A stretch of 64,000 nt of DNA, from positions 15,500,001-15,564,000 of the forward strand of contig NC_043001.1 of NCBI RefSeq assembly GCF_006345805.1, given 5' to 3'. Each line of letters opens with the position of its first letter. Position 1 is the stretch's first letter. The position numbers and the translations under genes are program-made. The stretch comes from Octopus sinensis (lineage: Eukaryota). Below are positions 11,756 to 25,577 of the stretch, in pieces. The notes below the pieces were generated by a model. The model was not told where the DNA came from. It made no database searches and worked only from the letters and a program-made list of their open reading frames with translations.

Positions 11756-12104
11756 GGAAAGAGACAAGGAATGAATCATGTTTGAAGTAGAGAAAGTCTT
11801 GTAAGTAATTTAAATCACTTCCTTCGGTGATGAAAGTCTGTGGGGGGGGTGCAGTGATGGAGGGGAGGCGGGGGATGTAAAAAAAGGGAGTGTTGGAGTT
11901 AGTCTCAGACAATCTGACGTCGAGTCGAGTTTTCTGGAGACTTTGGATAGGATGAGGAAGGGCAGTTATTGGAGGGGGTACAGGGACGGCAGGGACGGGG
12001 CTGGGTGTAAGAATTCTGGACAGTAGATGAACGCAGGGAATATGAAAAGAAAGTGTAAGAAAGTAAACTATTTATGATATTTATTAAGAATATTGATTGG
12101 AACT

Positions 12105-12350
12105 CGTCGGTTACGACGAGGTAGGTTCCAGTCGACCCGGTTAACAGAACAGCCTGCACTTGAAATTAACATGCAAGTGGCTGAGCACTCCACAGACTCG
12201 CGTACCCTTAACTTAGTTCTCAGGGAGATTCAGTGTGACACAGAGTGTGAAAAGGCTGGCCCCTTGCAATACAGGTACTACTCATTTTTGTCAGCTGAGT
12301 GGACTGGAGCAATGTGGAAATAAAGTGTCTTGCTCAAGGGACACAACGTA
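12105..12350 (-). mobile_element. SINE family C variant (CORE-like middle, shared family C tail)
   Basis: Shares gtctgtggagtgctcagccactt...gtcgtaaccgacg with the family C copies; a more complete copy with tRNA head is at 45935-46258. Confidence 0.75.
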
Positions 12351-12864
12351 TCGCCGGGATTGAGCTCAAGATCTTGTGGGTCTACGCAAGTAGTAAAATG
12401 GGGATTCACAATAGTATTTTTAGGGTCCATGAAAACTTTTGGACTTAAACGTATTTATTGCAGGACACAACCAGATTGCTTTCTCTAAAGTTTTATCATT
12501 TAATATGTTTCCAGCCACCGAAAACATGTTCTCTCAGTGAATGCAATTTCAAACCCACACAAGTGAATGGGTGAAAAACAAAATAGGAATTTTGAAAGAA
12601 GTTTCTATAAAACTAGTTTTTAAACATCGAATGGCTAGGTGTGTGGGGGGGGGGGCTGTAAGAATAAAATAGTAATCAAAGGGGTTCATTAGTAAAAGAT
12701 GATTGAAAATCAATGCTCTATGTAGTCACTCAACCTATGAGAAATAACAACTAAAAATCTCCCGCAAATAATTTTCTACGGACTTCAATGAAGAAGAGGC
12801 CTATTTGATTATGAAATTCTATATACCCCTCACAAGACGGAAAGTTTAGTCAGAAATATCCTTG

Positions 12865-13882
12865 TCTACTCTAGGCACAAGGCCCGAAATTTATGGAGAG
12901 AGAGCCAGCCGATTAGATCAACCCCAGTACACAACTGGTACTTAATTTATCGACCCCCAAAGGATGAAAGGCAAAGTCGACCTCGGCGGAATTTGAACTC
13001 AAAACGTAAAGACAGACGAAATACCTATTTCTTTACTACCCACAAGGGGCTAAACACAGAAAAGACAAACAAGGACAGACAAACGGATTAAGTCGATTAT
13101 ATCGACCCCAGTCCGTAACTGATACTTATTTAATCGACCCCGAAAGGATAAAAGGCAAAGTCGACCTCGGTGGAATTTGAACTCGGAACGTAAATACAGA
13201 CGGGATGCCTATTTCTTTACTACCCACAATGGGCTAAAGACAGAGAGGACAAACAAACGGATTAAGTCGATTACATCAACCCCAGTGTTTAACTGGTACT
13301 TAATTTATCGACTTCCAAAGGATGAAAGGCGAAGTCGACCTCGGCAGAATTTGAACTCAGAACGTAGCGGCAGAAGAAATACCTATTTCTTTACTACTCA
13401 CAAGGGGCTAAACACAGAGAGGACAAACAAGGACAGACAAACGGATTAAGTCGATTGCATCAACTTAGGGCGCGATTCAAAGCAACTTCCTATGTTTTCG
13501 ATATAATATTTATAAATGCTCTATATAAAATACGTCTATATATATTCTAGAATTCTTACACTGCAACACAGACACAAACGCGCACACACACGCACACGCG
13601 CGCGCACTCGCATACTTATACATTGTGTGTGGGTGGTTGAATGCTTGTGATATTTGTTCCGCACGAGTTGCACAGGTATTCCTTTGTCCCAATCGCCTTT
13701 GTTAACAATGCAGTGAGCTGATGTTTGTAAGCCTTTAACCAAGAATTGGTACTTATTTTATCCACCCCGAAAGGATGAAAGGCAAAGTCGACCTCGGCGG
13801 AATTTGAACTCAGAACGTAACGGCAGACGAAATGCCGCTAAGCATTTCGCCCGGCGTGCTAACGATTCTGCCAGCTCGCCGT
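12865..13882 (-). mobile_element. SINE family B tandem array interrupted by a templated insertion
   Basis: Body units joined at gacgaaatacctatttc (junction motif at 13024, 13208, 13382; periods 184 and 174 bp); head at about 13830-13882; foreign 13459-13745 lies inside a unit. Confidence 0.85.
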
Positions 13883-14474
13883 CTTGCAGTCAGAACATAT
13901 CCTATGAGAAGTATGCTCGATTACAGTGGACCCAGGGCTGAATAGCAGCAATAAAAAGCTTCCCAGGGCGTCGCCATTGCACACTTCAATGGATTTTCTT
14001 CATTAAAAGATTTTATGTGATTCAACACAAGTATGTAGAGTTTGTTATAACTCTTTCTTATTTTTTCTTGTCGGCGCTTAACAAAAGCATACGAGCGAAT
14101 TTAAGAAGCATGTGCACCCGCCAGTACGGTTTCAATAAAAGAAAAATATTTGCAGTATGTATGTATGTATGTATAATTTTATATTGCATTTTGTGAACAA
14201 TGCTTTTCTTGGTTAAAGGCTTACAAACATCAGCTCACTGCGTTGTTAACAAAAGCGATTGGGACAAAGGAATACCTGTGCAACTCGTGCGGAACAAATA
14301 TCACAAGCATTCAACCACCCACATACAATGTATAAGTATGCGAGTGCGCGCGCGTTTGTGTCTGTGTTGCAGTGTAAGAATTCTAGAATATATATAGACG
14401 TATTTTATATAGAGCATTTATAAATATTATATCGAAAACATAGGAAGTTGCTTTGAATCGCGTCCTAAGTTGAT
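13459..14474. repeat. Local inverted duplication (13459-13745 vs 14206-14474)
   Basis: 287 vs 269 bp; 4 substitutions and one 18-bp microsatellite indel by manual alignment. Confidence 0.95.
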
Positions 14475-14649
14475 CACGACTGTCGTGACAAACCAGAACC
14501 ACATAACTAATCGGTTTGATAAATAGAAATCGATAAAATAACTACCAAGCTAAAATAAGTATCGACACAAAAATGTCGATTTCATTAACTAAACTTCAAA
14601 GAGTCCGTGTCCCAGCACAAACACACGCATACATACACACACACATACA

Positions 14650-14990
14650 CGTATATGTCAATGTAAAGTTACTTCCGGCTCAGATGCCAGTTCTTCATCT
14701 TAGTTGTCGAAAATATCTAACCATTATTCTACATTTATACATATCAATAAACGAAACAATATTGGGCTTAGTAAATTAATTTGGTCTCTAAAGGAACATA
14801 AATAATTTGATTTGGAATGGAATATTCTATCTAGATCCTTTCCATATGATAAAGGTAAATCTTTTTGTCCGCTCTATAACGAAAAACAATATCTCATTCT
14901 GTTTTCGGAGGATTCTCTTGTAAACCCGCTTAAAGAACGCGTTTATCGTTGCAAACATTAGCAAAAATATACCTTTAGTTCCTATAAGTA
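14650..14990 (+). pseudogene. PLE GIY-YIG endonuclease fragment
   Basis: YQCKVTSGSD...SNHYSTFIHINKRNNIGLSKLIWSLKEHK*FDLEWNILSRSFPYDKGKSFCPLYNEKQYLILFSEDSLVNPLKERVYRCKH*; internal stops and loss of the YIG segment. Confidence 0.7.
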
Positions 14991-15734
14991 ATTTCTACCA
15001 CTCTATAAAATTCCACCTTGAACTGCCTTACATTTAATTTCCACTACATATATCTATTTCCACGCTTTTAAGCTTTATTCCCATGCATCTATCGAACTAT
15101 ATTTCTCCAATCTTAATTTTCTGTTAATTTCTTTCTTTCTCCTCCTTTATTTCAGGAAAAAGTTTCAGTTAATGGACAACTGAATCTTCTTCATCGAACG
15201 ACTGAGATCCTTATATACCCATACATAGATATATACACACGACCACTCTCTTTCATACATACACACAACTACATGTAAGACAATAAGGAAAAAAAGAAGG
15301 AAACAGGAAGACAACACAGGAGAGACAATATTTAAGATATGTATTAGCTTAACGTTTAAAACGGAGAGAAAGAGTTTTGACGCTTTGGACACAAGCCTTT
15401 TATCAAAAGGAAAATAAAAGAATGAAACAATATATGGAAGGAGGAAAGGTAGTAGGGAAAAAAAGATTATTTGAAGTCATAATTATTATTATTATTACTG
15501 TTGAGTGAGAGAGCAGCGTATGTCATCAGAGTGACAATGGGGTAAAATATACGAAGCCTCATATACCTATCAAGGGATATGTTCAGCTGGTTAAGGTCAA
15601 ACAACTGACAAGCAAATCTGTGGTATTGAGCAGAATATTTGCTGCAGCCCATTTTTTATACCAAGACAAAACAATGTACATGATAACAGTTCCTATCAGT
15701 TAAGATCAGAAGCCATGAGAGCCACTGCCTGGTT

Positions 15735-16075
15735 ATGGAAGAATCGTTAGCGCGCCGGACGAAATGCTTAGCGGTATTTCATCTGCCGTTACATTGTGAG
15801 TTCAAATTCCGCCGAGGTCGACTTTGCCTTTCATCCTTTCGGGGTCGATAAATTAAGTACCAGTTACGCACTGGGGTCGATGTAATCGGATTAATACTTA
15901 TGTCTGTCCTTGTTTGTCCCCTCTATGTTTAGCCTCTTGTGAGTAATAAAGAAATAGGTATTTCGTCTGTCGCTACGTTCTAAGTTCAAATTCCGCCGAG
16001 GTCGACTTTGCCTTTCATCCTTTCGGGGTCCAATAAATAAGTACCAGTTACGGACAGGGGTCGATGTAATCAACT
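15735..16075 (+). mobile_element. SINE family B, head plus two bodies
   Basis: aaataggtatttcgtctg junction at about 15955-15970. Confidence 0.8.
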
Positions 16076-16479
16076 AGTGCCTCCCCCCAAAATGAGGCCT
16101 CGTGCCTCCAGTAGAAGGAATTATTATTATTGCGGAGAGCTGGTACGATCGTTAGCATGCCGGACAAAATGCTTAGCGGCATCTCGTCCGTCTTTACGTT
16201 CCGAGTTCAAATTCTGCCGAGGTCAAATTTACCTTCCATCTGTTTGGGGTCGATAAAATAAGTGCTAGATGAACAGTGGAAGTCGATGCAACCGACTAGC
16301 ACCCTAGTCCTAAATTTCAGGCATTGTGCCTACAGTAGGAAAATATTATTCTTATTAATGTTGTTGTTGATGTTGCTGTGGTCGTCGTTTTCTTTGTATT
16401 CATGAAGTCAGTACTGATCATTCGTCTGCTGTCGTTGAGTTTAAAAAATGACTTCCCATTTGTGCTTCAACGAGGAGAT

Positions 16480-16531
<52 letters not shown>

Positions 16532-16535
16532 TAAC

Positions 16536-16622
<87 letters not shown>

Positions 16623-16856
16623 AAGGAGGAGGAGAAGAATAATGAGAAGAAGAAAAAGAATGAGGAGAAGGAGGAGGAGGAGAATGAAGAGAAGAAGAAT
16701 AAGGAAAATGAGAAGAAAAAGAAGAAGAATGAGAAGAAGAAGAAAAAGAATGAGAAGAAGAAAAAGAATAAGGAGAAGAAGAAGAATGAGGAGAAGAATA
16801 AGGAAAATGAGAAGAAAAAAAAAATAATAATAATAATAATAATAATAATACTAATA

Positions 16857-16889
<33 letters not shown>

Positions 16890-16925
16890 GAAGAAGAAGA
16901 AGAAAAGAAGAAGAAGAAGAAGAAG

Positions 16926-16961
<36 letters not shown>

Positions 16962-16995
16962 AACAACAACAACAACAGCAGCAGCAGCACCAATT
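16480..16995. repeat. Compound trinucleotide tract (TAA)n-(GAA/GGA)n-(TAA)n-(GAA)n-(CAA)n
   Basis: Direct reading. Confidence 0.95.
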
Positions 16996-17610
16996 ACAAC
17001 AACAATAGAGCAGACATAGAGAATGAAAGACGTCAACCGTTTTCAGCCAATTGAGAGGGAAAAGAGCGTGTTTTACTTGACTAGAAAAGACGGACCTTTA
17101 GAAATATAATGGAAATAATCGTTGAAGAATAGCCAATGGGAAATATTTGCTTCAATAACATCAGCCTATGAGGGAACTGTGTGACAATTCTGGGAAAATC
17201 ACAATGATATGATGATAATCTTTGTGTAGCTTACCAATCCCTGAAAGCTTAGCAGACGATCGTAACGTCAACCAAACAGCAGACGTCAGAGACACACGTA
17301 CACGCATGCACACTGGCACGTACGCATACAGACGCACGCGCAGATACACCTACGCACACGCATACGCATACGCATACGCATACGCATACGCACACGCATA
17401 CGCACACACATACGCATAGAGGCACGCGCACACGCACAGTCAAGAACTTTTGTCGTTTCTATTCGTCGACGCCTTAATAAATTCGGTCAGAGCGAGCACG
17501 GCTATCGAATACTTACACCCACATATACATACATGCATACGTACATACACATACAGATATAATCATATACGTACATATATGCATATACATACAGACACAC
17601 GGACATACTT

Positions 17611-17644
<34 letters not shown>

Positions 17645-18069
17645 ATATATGTATATATACACATACACATTCGTACACATTCACACACACTGTACGTATA
17701 TATTATAACCTCTTTATATGGATTATATTCTATATAAGATATTATATTGCAGTGTGTACATAATATAATATATAAACGCATTTTAATTTTACTCACATAC
17801 ACACACATATATACATATATATACACAGATTCACGTAAATGCATATGTGTATATATATATATATATGATATAAATATATAAACACACATATTCTTTAATT
17901 TACACGTATATATTTATGAGCTATGTATGCATGCATTAAACAATATTTATCCCTTACCGGGTAGAATACATTTTTTGTTGGTGTTACATCTAACGCAAAA
18001 GTAAACTTCATACATACATACTTTGTGTGTATATATATATATTCACAATCACACACCACACACACACAC

Positions 18070-18170
<101 letters not shown>

Positions 18171-18736
18171 AGTGATGACCACTAAGTGGACATCCATATG
18201 CTAGAAGTAGACTCCCTATGGTCTTACCACTAAGAAAGGAATGTTCTCAAGAAAATTTAGCAAACGCCAGAACGTAAGTGAGCAAGACAAATGAAAAGAT
18301 ACAAAATATACAGATTCATCACAAACCTGTTTCGTTGTTACCACTTACGTAATCACTTACGTAGAATGTCCGCAACTCATCAGTGTGATCGTCATAGCAA
18401 AATATAATTTGCAGAATTATACACGAAACGTCCGTGCCAAAACGAAGACTTTTGAAGTATAACCCCAAATGTAATTGGTAGAACTATATACATGTTCAAT
18501 CTCATGCGGACGTCTCGTTACCGTCTACCAAATCCACTCACAAGGCATTGGTCGGCCCGTGGCTATAGTAGAAGACACTTGCCCAAGGTACCACGCAGTG
18601 GAACTGAACCCGGAACCATGTGGTTCGTAAGCAAGCTACTTACCACACAGCCACTCCTGCGCCTGAAAGATCCGGAGGAAAAACACTGCACACCAAAAAT
18701 GGTGCTCCCCGATGATTTAAGGATTATGCCCTAGAG

Positions 18737-18955
18737 CAGTGGTTTTCAACCAGGGTTCCGCGGAACCTTAGGGTTCTGCCAGTACAGTCTAGGGGTTCCG
18801 CAAGAAGTTACAAAACTGCTAAAATCGGCAGTAATTTTTAATTCTCCTGTGCATATATGTGTGCATAAAACTATTAAATTATTGCACAGGGGTTCCTCGA
18901 GCCAGTGGAATGTTTCCTTGGGGTTCCGCTCCAGCAAAAAGTTTGAAAAGCACTG
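18737..18955. mobile_element. hAT-type MITE
   Basis: TIRs cagtggttttcaa / ttgaaaagcactg; perfect 8-bp TSD ccctagag at 18729-18736 and 18956-18963. Confidence 0.9.
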
Positions 18956-19284
18956 CCCTAGAGTATAGCTTCTCTTGGACTATTGGCAGAAACATGACAT
19001 CACTTTTAAAAGAAGTTGGTTTTTGCATTCCGACATCAGATTTCTCGCAATGAAATATTTCTCGAATCAGATATTGAAGCTCTTAAGCACACATAATGCG
19101 ACCGAAAACGTTGTAGAAAATATAACACAGGTGTTCAGCAGCTGCTGAAAGATGTCATCCTGCAACAACATGCCAGGTTTGCGTGATGCTTCTGCTAAAA
19201 CAATAAATAGAATAACATCAAAGCAAAGAGTGTGAGATGTTCTGGCGCTGCCGTTGTGGAGCCGTTTATTCGACCCTGACTCAT

Positions 19285-19650
19285 TAGACGTTTTAATGTA
19301 TCTGTCTATCTCTGTCTCTCTGAATCCCTCTTTGTCTCCCTCTGTTTTTCCCTCTCTCTCGCCTTCTCATTCTCTCTTCCTCTCCCCTCTGTCTATCTCC
19401 CTCTCTCTCCCCGGCTCTCCACTCTCTCCTCTCCCTTCCGCCCTCTCTCCTCTCCCTCCTGCCCTCTTTTCTCTGCCTCCCACCCTCCCGCGCTCTCTCA
19501 CTCTCTCTCTCGCTTTGTCTCCCTCTCTCTCCCTATGTCTGTCTGTCTCTCCCTCTTCCCCTCCCTCCCTCTCCCTCTGTCTGTCTGTCTCTCCCCTCCC
19601 TCTCCCTCTCCATGTCTGTCTGTCTCTCCCCTCCCTTCGCCCCTCTCCCC
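19285..19650. repeat. Polypyrimidine (CT-rich) low-complexity tract
   Basis: Direct reading. Confidence 0.9.
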
Positions 19651-20295
19651 ATAATTTTCAGTGTGTATTAAGAAAAGGAGAGTGTCTGTTAATCGTGTTC
19701 AATCAACATATGATGTCGCTTTCTCTCCCATTTCCCCCCTCTGTCTGCGTGTATTTCGGCGTGCGCGTTTACCTCCATCGTCAAAAAGCTCTGACACCAG
19801 AACAGTCTGAATATGCAGTCAGCCACGCCAAATTGTCAGCACCTAAACAGCTACGCCCAATTGCCTCATTCCATCGTAGGAAATAACTCTTCAGGGACAG
19901 CTATGAATATTTCTGATTCATTCATTACATCCTAGCAGGGAATATTACAAGAACATTCAAAACCTCTTCGAAATTCAGGTATAAGTATCCTAATATAAAT
20001 ATTCGGGACTAAAAGGGACAAAATTTTGCACAGATATAGAGGTCAACTGCTTTGCAAGTGTAAACATTTCTTCCAAATTCGACGAAGAAAAAAATATTTA
20101 CGGACAACTGTTTCGAAGCACACGTTTCTCTACTCAAATTATAAATTTATACTAGCATCTATAATTATTAAAAAAAGTATCTGTTAATATGTACATCGTA
20201 GTTTCGAAAAGCTGGGATTTTCAGGCAATTAAAATATGTCCAGCCCATACAGCCTTTGTAAATACAATCTCTATGTAGAACTAAAAGTAAACACA

Positions 20296-20783
20296 TTTAC
20301 TTTCAACACTTTTGACAAAATTTCGTATTTTAGAAGTTATTTCCTGTTAAAGTTGTCGTATTTGGGTAATTTTAACCAATCAACGACGTATATTCGGCTG
20401 AAGAAACCTACTGCTGTATGCGATAGTAATCGAAGAGCAACAACTTCCGGGTCATCTCTACTAAATGTATTTTTCAATCACGTGTGGATTATTAGATATG
20501 TTCTTTAGCTTGGACGTGTTTTTTTGACTTACGCATGGATATTTTTACTTACTGCCTGTGACTTTTTCACCATTCTGTTCATTTTATTTTTGTTTACTGC
20601 CTGTGTTGCATATTACACGCTTGATGACCCGGAAGTTGTTGCTCTTCCATTACTATCGCAAACAGCAGCAGGTTTCTTCAGCTGAATACACGCCGTTGAT
20701 CGGTTAAACTTATCCAAATACAACAACTGAAACACGAAATAACTTCTAAAATACGAAATTTTGTCAAAAATGTTGAAAGTAAA
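20296..20783. mobile_element. Foldback-type MITE (long inverted arms)
   Basis: About 160-bp arms at 20296-20455 and 20624-20783; arm motifs shared with the 62610-63342 element. Confidence 0.85.
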
Positions 20784-21409
20784 CCATGTTCAACGTGAGA
20801 AATTACACCAGTATACGAACTTTCAAACAGTTTAGGTTAAAAAAATAATTTTCAAATCTGTGAGTCAAACTGAAGAGATCCCAAATATATAAGATGAAGG
20901 AAACACACACACACATACACACACACACAACACAACGCGCACACGTATGTGTGTATGTTTGTATGTATATTATACACATAAATACACCGAGAGACAGCGT
21001 GTATTCAGAGACAAAAATATCAAATCCGTACACTTATGTTCATCGTGCTGTCTGGGTCGATATTAATCTCTCGATGGATACCTGATCTTTACCCGCATTA
21101 ACTTCCACCCAGATTACGATCCAGCTTTAAATGTTTTCATTCATAAAACTATAAACACATACATACACATACAGTAATACAATAGAAGCCTGTGCATTGA
21201 TGTGTCCGGGAGGGGTTCTCACGGGTCAAGGGGCCCAACTATTTTATGGTTTGTTAAATACTTTAGGGCCCAGTGCATTGATTTGTCCGAGGGGCCTGTA
21301 ATATTGCTAAGACGGTGCTCTTTATATCAAGCCTTTATCTCTTTAAACTTCCGCAGGCAAGTGTCATGCACGTATGCTACTTACATACCTCATGTCATGT
21401 TTTCATTAT

Positions 21410-22325
21410 CACTCTCACCACTACCACACTGGATCAACACTTTCACACCATCACCAAGAATACACCACCACCACCACCACACCACCACCACCACCACCAC
21501 CACCACCACCACCACCACCACTATCACCAGCACCATCATCGCTGCTACCAGTATCACCACCTCAACCTATGCCAATACGTCACCGACGCCACTATCATCA
21601 ACAACATTATTCACGCCACTAGCGGCAACATCAATACTCAAACACCGTTACCACAACCATCAAACCACCACCACCACCACAATACATCACTAACACTACC
21701 ATTATTACTACTAACATCATCATCATCATTGCCACCACCACCACCACCACATCCCTAACTCCACTATTATTACTACTAACATCATCATCACCATCATCAT
21801 TGCCACCATCATTATCACCACCACCACCACCATCACCACAATACCGCCAGTCCCCACCACCATTATCACTAGTACCGCGAGAACCCGCATCACCAAGAAA
21901 ACCATCATCATCACCATCATCATTTCACCAGCAGCATCACCAACAAACAGAGCATTATAGCAGCAGCAGAAACATCATCACCGCCACATCACCACCACCA
22001 TCGTCACCACCACCACCCCCACCATAGTCATCATCATCATCACCACCACCATCATCACCACCATCAGCACCATATGGTCAGAGTAGTCTAACCCAGCACC
22101 TGTCACCTGCCTGGCTCTGATAACAGAAATATCAGGTCAGAGCTGGTTGTAATTAATACTGCAGAGTGTGGGTGGTAAAAGTAGAGTTGTTATTGTTGAT
22201 GATGATGATGGTGGTGGTGGTGGTGATGGCAGTGGTGGTGGTGGTGGCGGCGGTGATGCTGGTGCGGTTGATGGTGGCGGCGGGTTCAGTAATAGTGGTG
22301 GTGGTGGTGGTGGTGGTGATGAAGA
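21410..22325. repeat. (CAC/CAT)n tract followed by (GGT/GAT)n tract
   Basis: Direct reading; 21410-22075 and 22190-22325. Confidence 0.95.
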
Positions 22326-23789
22326 TGTTCTGTTATTCTGTTGTTTCAGTCATTTGACTGCGGCCATGCTGAAGCACCGCCTTTAGTTGAACGAATCGAC
22401 CCCAGGCCTTAATCTTTGTAAGCCTGGTACTTATTCTATCGGTGTCTTTTGCCGAACCGCTAGATTACGGGGACGTAAACACAGCAATATCGATTGTTAA
22501 GCTTGGGGGCAGGGATAAACACAGACACACAAACATGAGAGGAATTTCGATTATCCCCACGTGGTAAGTTGTAATATATATAAGAAATTAAAGAAGGAAA
22601 CTGCACACACTATACATAGTTTGGATATAATTTTTAATATACTTTATATTATGTTTGTCGACCGGTTTCGCTTTCACTAATCATGACATTAAAAATGTAT
22701 TCTTAAGAAAAATTTATTCTTAAGAAAAATTTATTCTTAAGAAAAATGTTTTTGTCCAATTTTTCTAGTCTTTACGTTCTCAGTTAAAATTCCGCCGAGG
22801 TCGACTTTGCCTTTCATCTATAAATTAAGTACTAGTTGCGTACTGGGGTCGATCTAATCGACTGCCACCCCCTCAAAAAAATTTAGTGCCTTGTGTCTAG
22901 AGTAGAAAAGAATCGTTAGCACGTCGAGCGAAATGTTTTACCGTATTTCGTCTGCCGCTACGTACTGAGTTCAAATTCTGCCGATGTCGACTTTGCCTTT
23001 CATCCTTTTGGGGTCAATAAAACAAGTACCATTTGAGTACTAGGGTCGATGTGATCGACTAGTCCCCTCCCTCAAAATTTCAGGCCTTGTGTCTAGAGTA
23101 GAAAGGTTATTTATTTAGTTCCAAGTTGGTAATGACCGAGTAGATCTTTGATTAAGGTTCTTTTTACGCATTTGAAATACAACTATAGAACATTTTTTTA
23201 GACTGTAAGGTGCGAGCTGAAGGAGTTTGCTACTATTTCTAGTAGGTCTAGATACCGCCTAGAGGCTTGATAGCTCGAGAAATACTTGTTTAACGATACT
23301 GAAGCCTGCTGTCCCGTCTTGCCTGATAAAAGATTTTCCAGCCATCACCTTCAGCATCAAAACTGTTTTACTTTAGTTTAGCTTGATTTAGTTACTTTTC
23401 CAGCTGATCGAGGGACCTCATAGAAATAAAATCTGTTACCCGACCTATGATCGAAGGCGTTCCAGCCGTGACCATCCCATTTTGTCTTTTTGTGTGATAA
23501 GAAGCTTGTTTCCTGACTACATGGTTCGGGGTTCAGTGCCACTACGTGGCACCTTGGTTGAATGTCTTCTAGTATACCCTTGACCCACCAAAGCCTTCTG
23601 TGTGGATTTGGTAGACGATGTTGATGTGTTTACTCCCCGTAACTTAGCGGTTCGGCAAAAGAGATCAATAGAATGAATATCAGGCTTCAAAAAAGTATTG
23701 GGATCAATTCATTCTATTAATCTAATGACTGAAACAAGTAAAGGGTAAGACATAAGGGGTTACTTTAACTAATGTGTCTTAATAATTGT

Positions 23790-24440
23790 GAGCCCCATTA
23801 TCCACCATCTTTCCAACAACAACCTTGGGGAACCTTTTTGAATTCCATACGTCTAACACTCGTGGACATGCTCACAAGATCAAAAAGCAACACAACACCC
23901 ATGACTTTCGGAAACATTTTTTTCACGCTCAGACTTGCTGAAGCATGAAATAAACTACTCGCATGAGTTGTTAGTTGTTGGAACACTACATCCCTCAAGA
24001 TGTTCATATTTCTGATGAGTCGTGGTGCACCTGAGCACTGTATACAATAAGTTCGTTATTATGTAAGATAAATGGATGTGACTTCGGGGAGATATAGCTG
24101 CTGTTTCTTGCAGGTCGAGCCCCACATCCCCCCTATACATCAATGATGCACTCAGTCATCTTCAACAACGCCCACTCCTCCACAGATGTTCTCTTCCATT
24201 CTTCCCTAACCTTTCCCCAACCATGCATCATCCACATGCAATCTAGACACCACATGTCAAAACTGCACTGATTCTATGAGCAGACATTGAAAGCATCTGC
24301 CAATAGCGACATGGCAGTCTTGTCTCCTTCGACGGTATGTATCAACAATCGCAGCACATATCAAGCAAAGATTATCGCATCTCACCTCCTGAAACAGGGG
24401 CGACAACCCTCATGATTAAGTCACACTGTCGTTGACGATC
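23790..24440 (-). pseudogene. Possible decayed non-LTR retrotransposon (L1/Tx1-like) C-terminal region
   Basis: Non-repetitive composition; CPRVLDVW resembles the L1/Tx1 C-terminal cysteine motif; many stops. Confidence 0.2.
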
Positions 24441-25577
24441 TATCCTGGTGAAAACAAACGTAAGACCTCACAAAAGGCAACATCTCCAGCATTTACTACG
24501 GTGTTGCGGTCACACACACACACACCACACGGCGGAATTTGAACTCAGGCGAAAGATAACGAAGCATCAACTTAGAGTGTTACCCTTTGTGGTGGCAGTG
24601 GTCGACTTTGCCTTTCATCCCTTCGGGGTCGATAAATTAAGTACCAGTTACGCACTAGGGTCGATGTAATCGACTTAATCCCTTTCTCTGTCCTTGTCTG
24701 TCTCCTCTATGTTTAGCCCTTGTGGGCAATAAAGAATTAGGAAACTTTACAGAAGCCTGTCTTATGTATTTTAATGTGTGTGTATGTGTGTGTTTAGAAG
24801 TTAGTGATTTATGAGCGATACTTAAGAACGGATTAACTCGCTAAGTCAAGTACTCACAGTCTACAGCAAATGAAAACCAAAGCCCAATGAAACGATTAAT
24901 GATCTGTGTTAGTAAATAATATTTAACGAAGTCCGTAAATTCAAATAAATTTTCGCGGCGTAGTAAAACGAGAAGCTTGATGTTTCGTGTAAAAGCACTT
25001 TATCAGGACGAAAAATATTCTGCCATCGAGAATACTGACGTTTCAAGGAAAGCAAGATGGTAGAGGCAATAAAATGTTGTGTCCGTCGTACTTATGACTG
25101 TATTATCAATATGTTGTCTCTGTCTTACTTATTTTATTCATGGGACCACGGCCATGCTGGGGCACCACCTTGAAAAGCTTAATCGAACGAATCGACCACA
25201 GTACTTTTCTTAAAGTCTGGTAAGTATTCTATCGATCTCTTTTACTGAACCAACAAGTTACGAGAACATAAACAAACCAAAATCTGCTGTCAAGCAGGGA
25301 AGGTACACACATAGATACACACACACACACGATGGGTTTCCACGAAGTTTGTGTCTACCAAATTCACTCACAAAGCAATGATCGGTCCTGCGCTGCAGTA
25401 GAAGACATTTGTCCAAAGTGCCGCGTAGTGAGACCGAACCTGAAATTACGCGGTTACAATTCTAGTTTCTTAACCACACAGCTATACCTGCAGCCGTTAT
25501 TTCCTCGCTGAAGAGTTTTACTCAAAACGCAAAGATTCTTGCTTCTTCACGACATGCGAACTTCACAAATATCGTGG

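Noticed and set aside
15155-15215. Hammerhead-like words on the minus strand; also ATGATGAG...TGAAA at about 800-825 and CTGATGA at about 48491
   Set aside because: Stems I and II cannot be formed adjacent to the core.
16378-16993. Long ORFs of 149 and 191 aa
   Set aside because: Translations of trinucleotide microsatellites (poly-I/R/L/F).
19254-19886. 210-aa ORF
   Set aside because: Mostly a CT-rich tract; the non-repetitive tail is unrecognised.
21202-22027. His/Thr/Pro-rich ORFs
   Set aside because: (CAC/CAT)n tract open in several frames; no splice or homology support.
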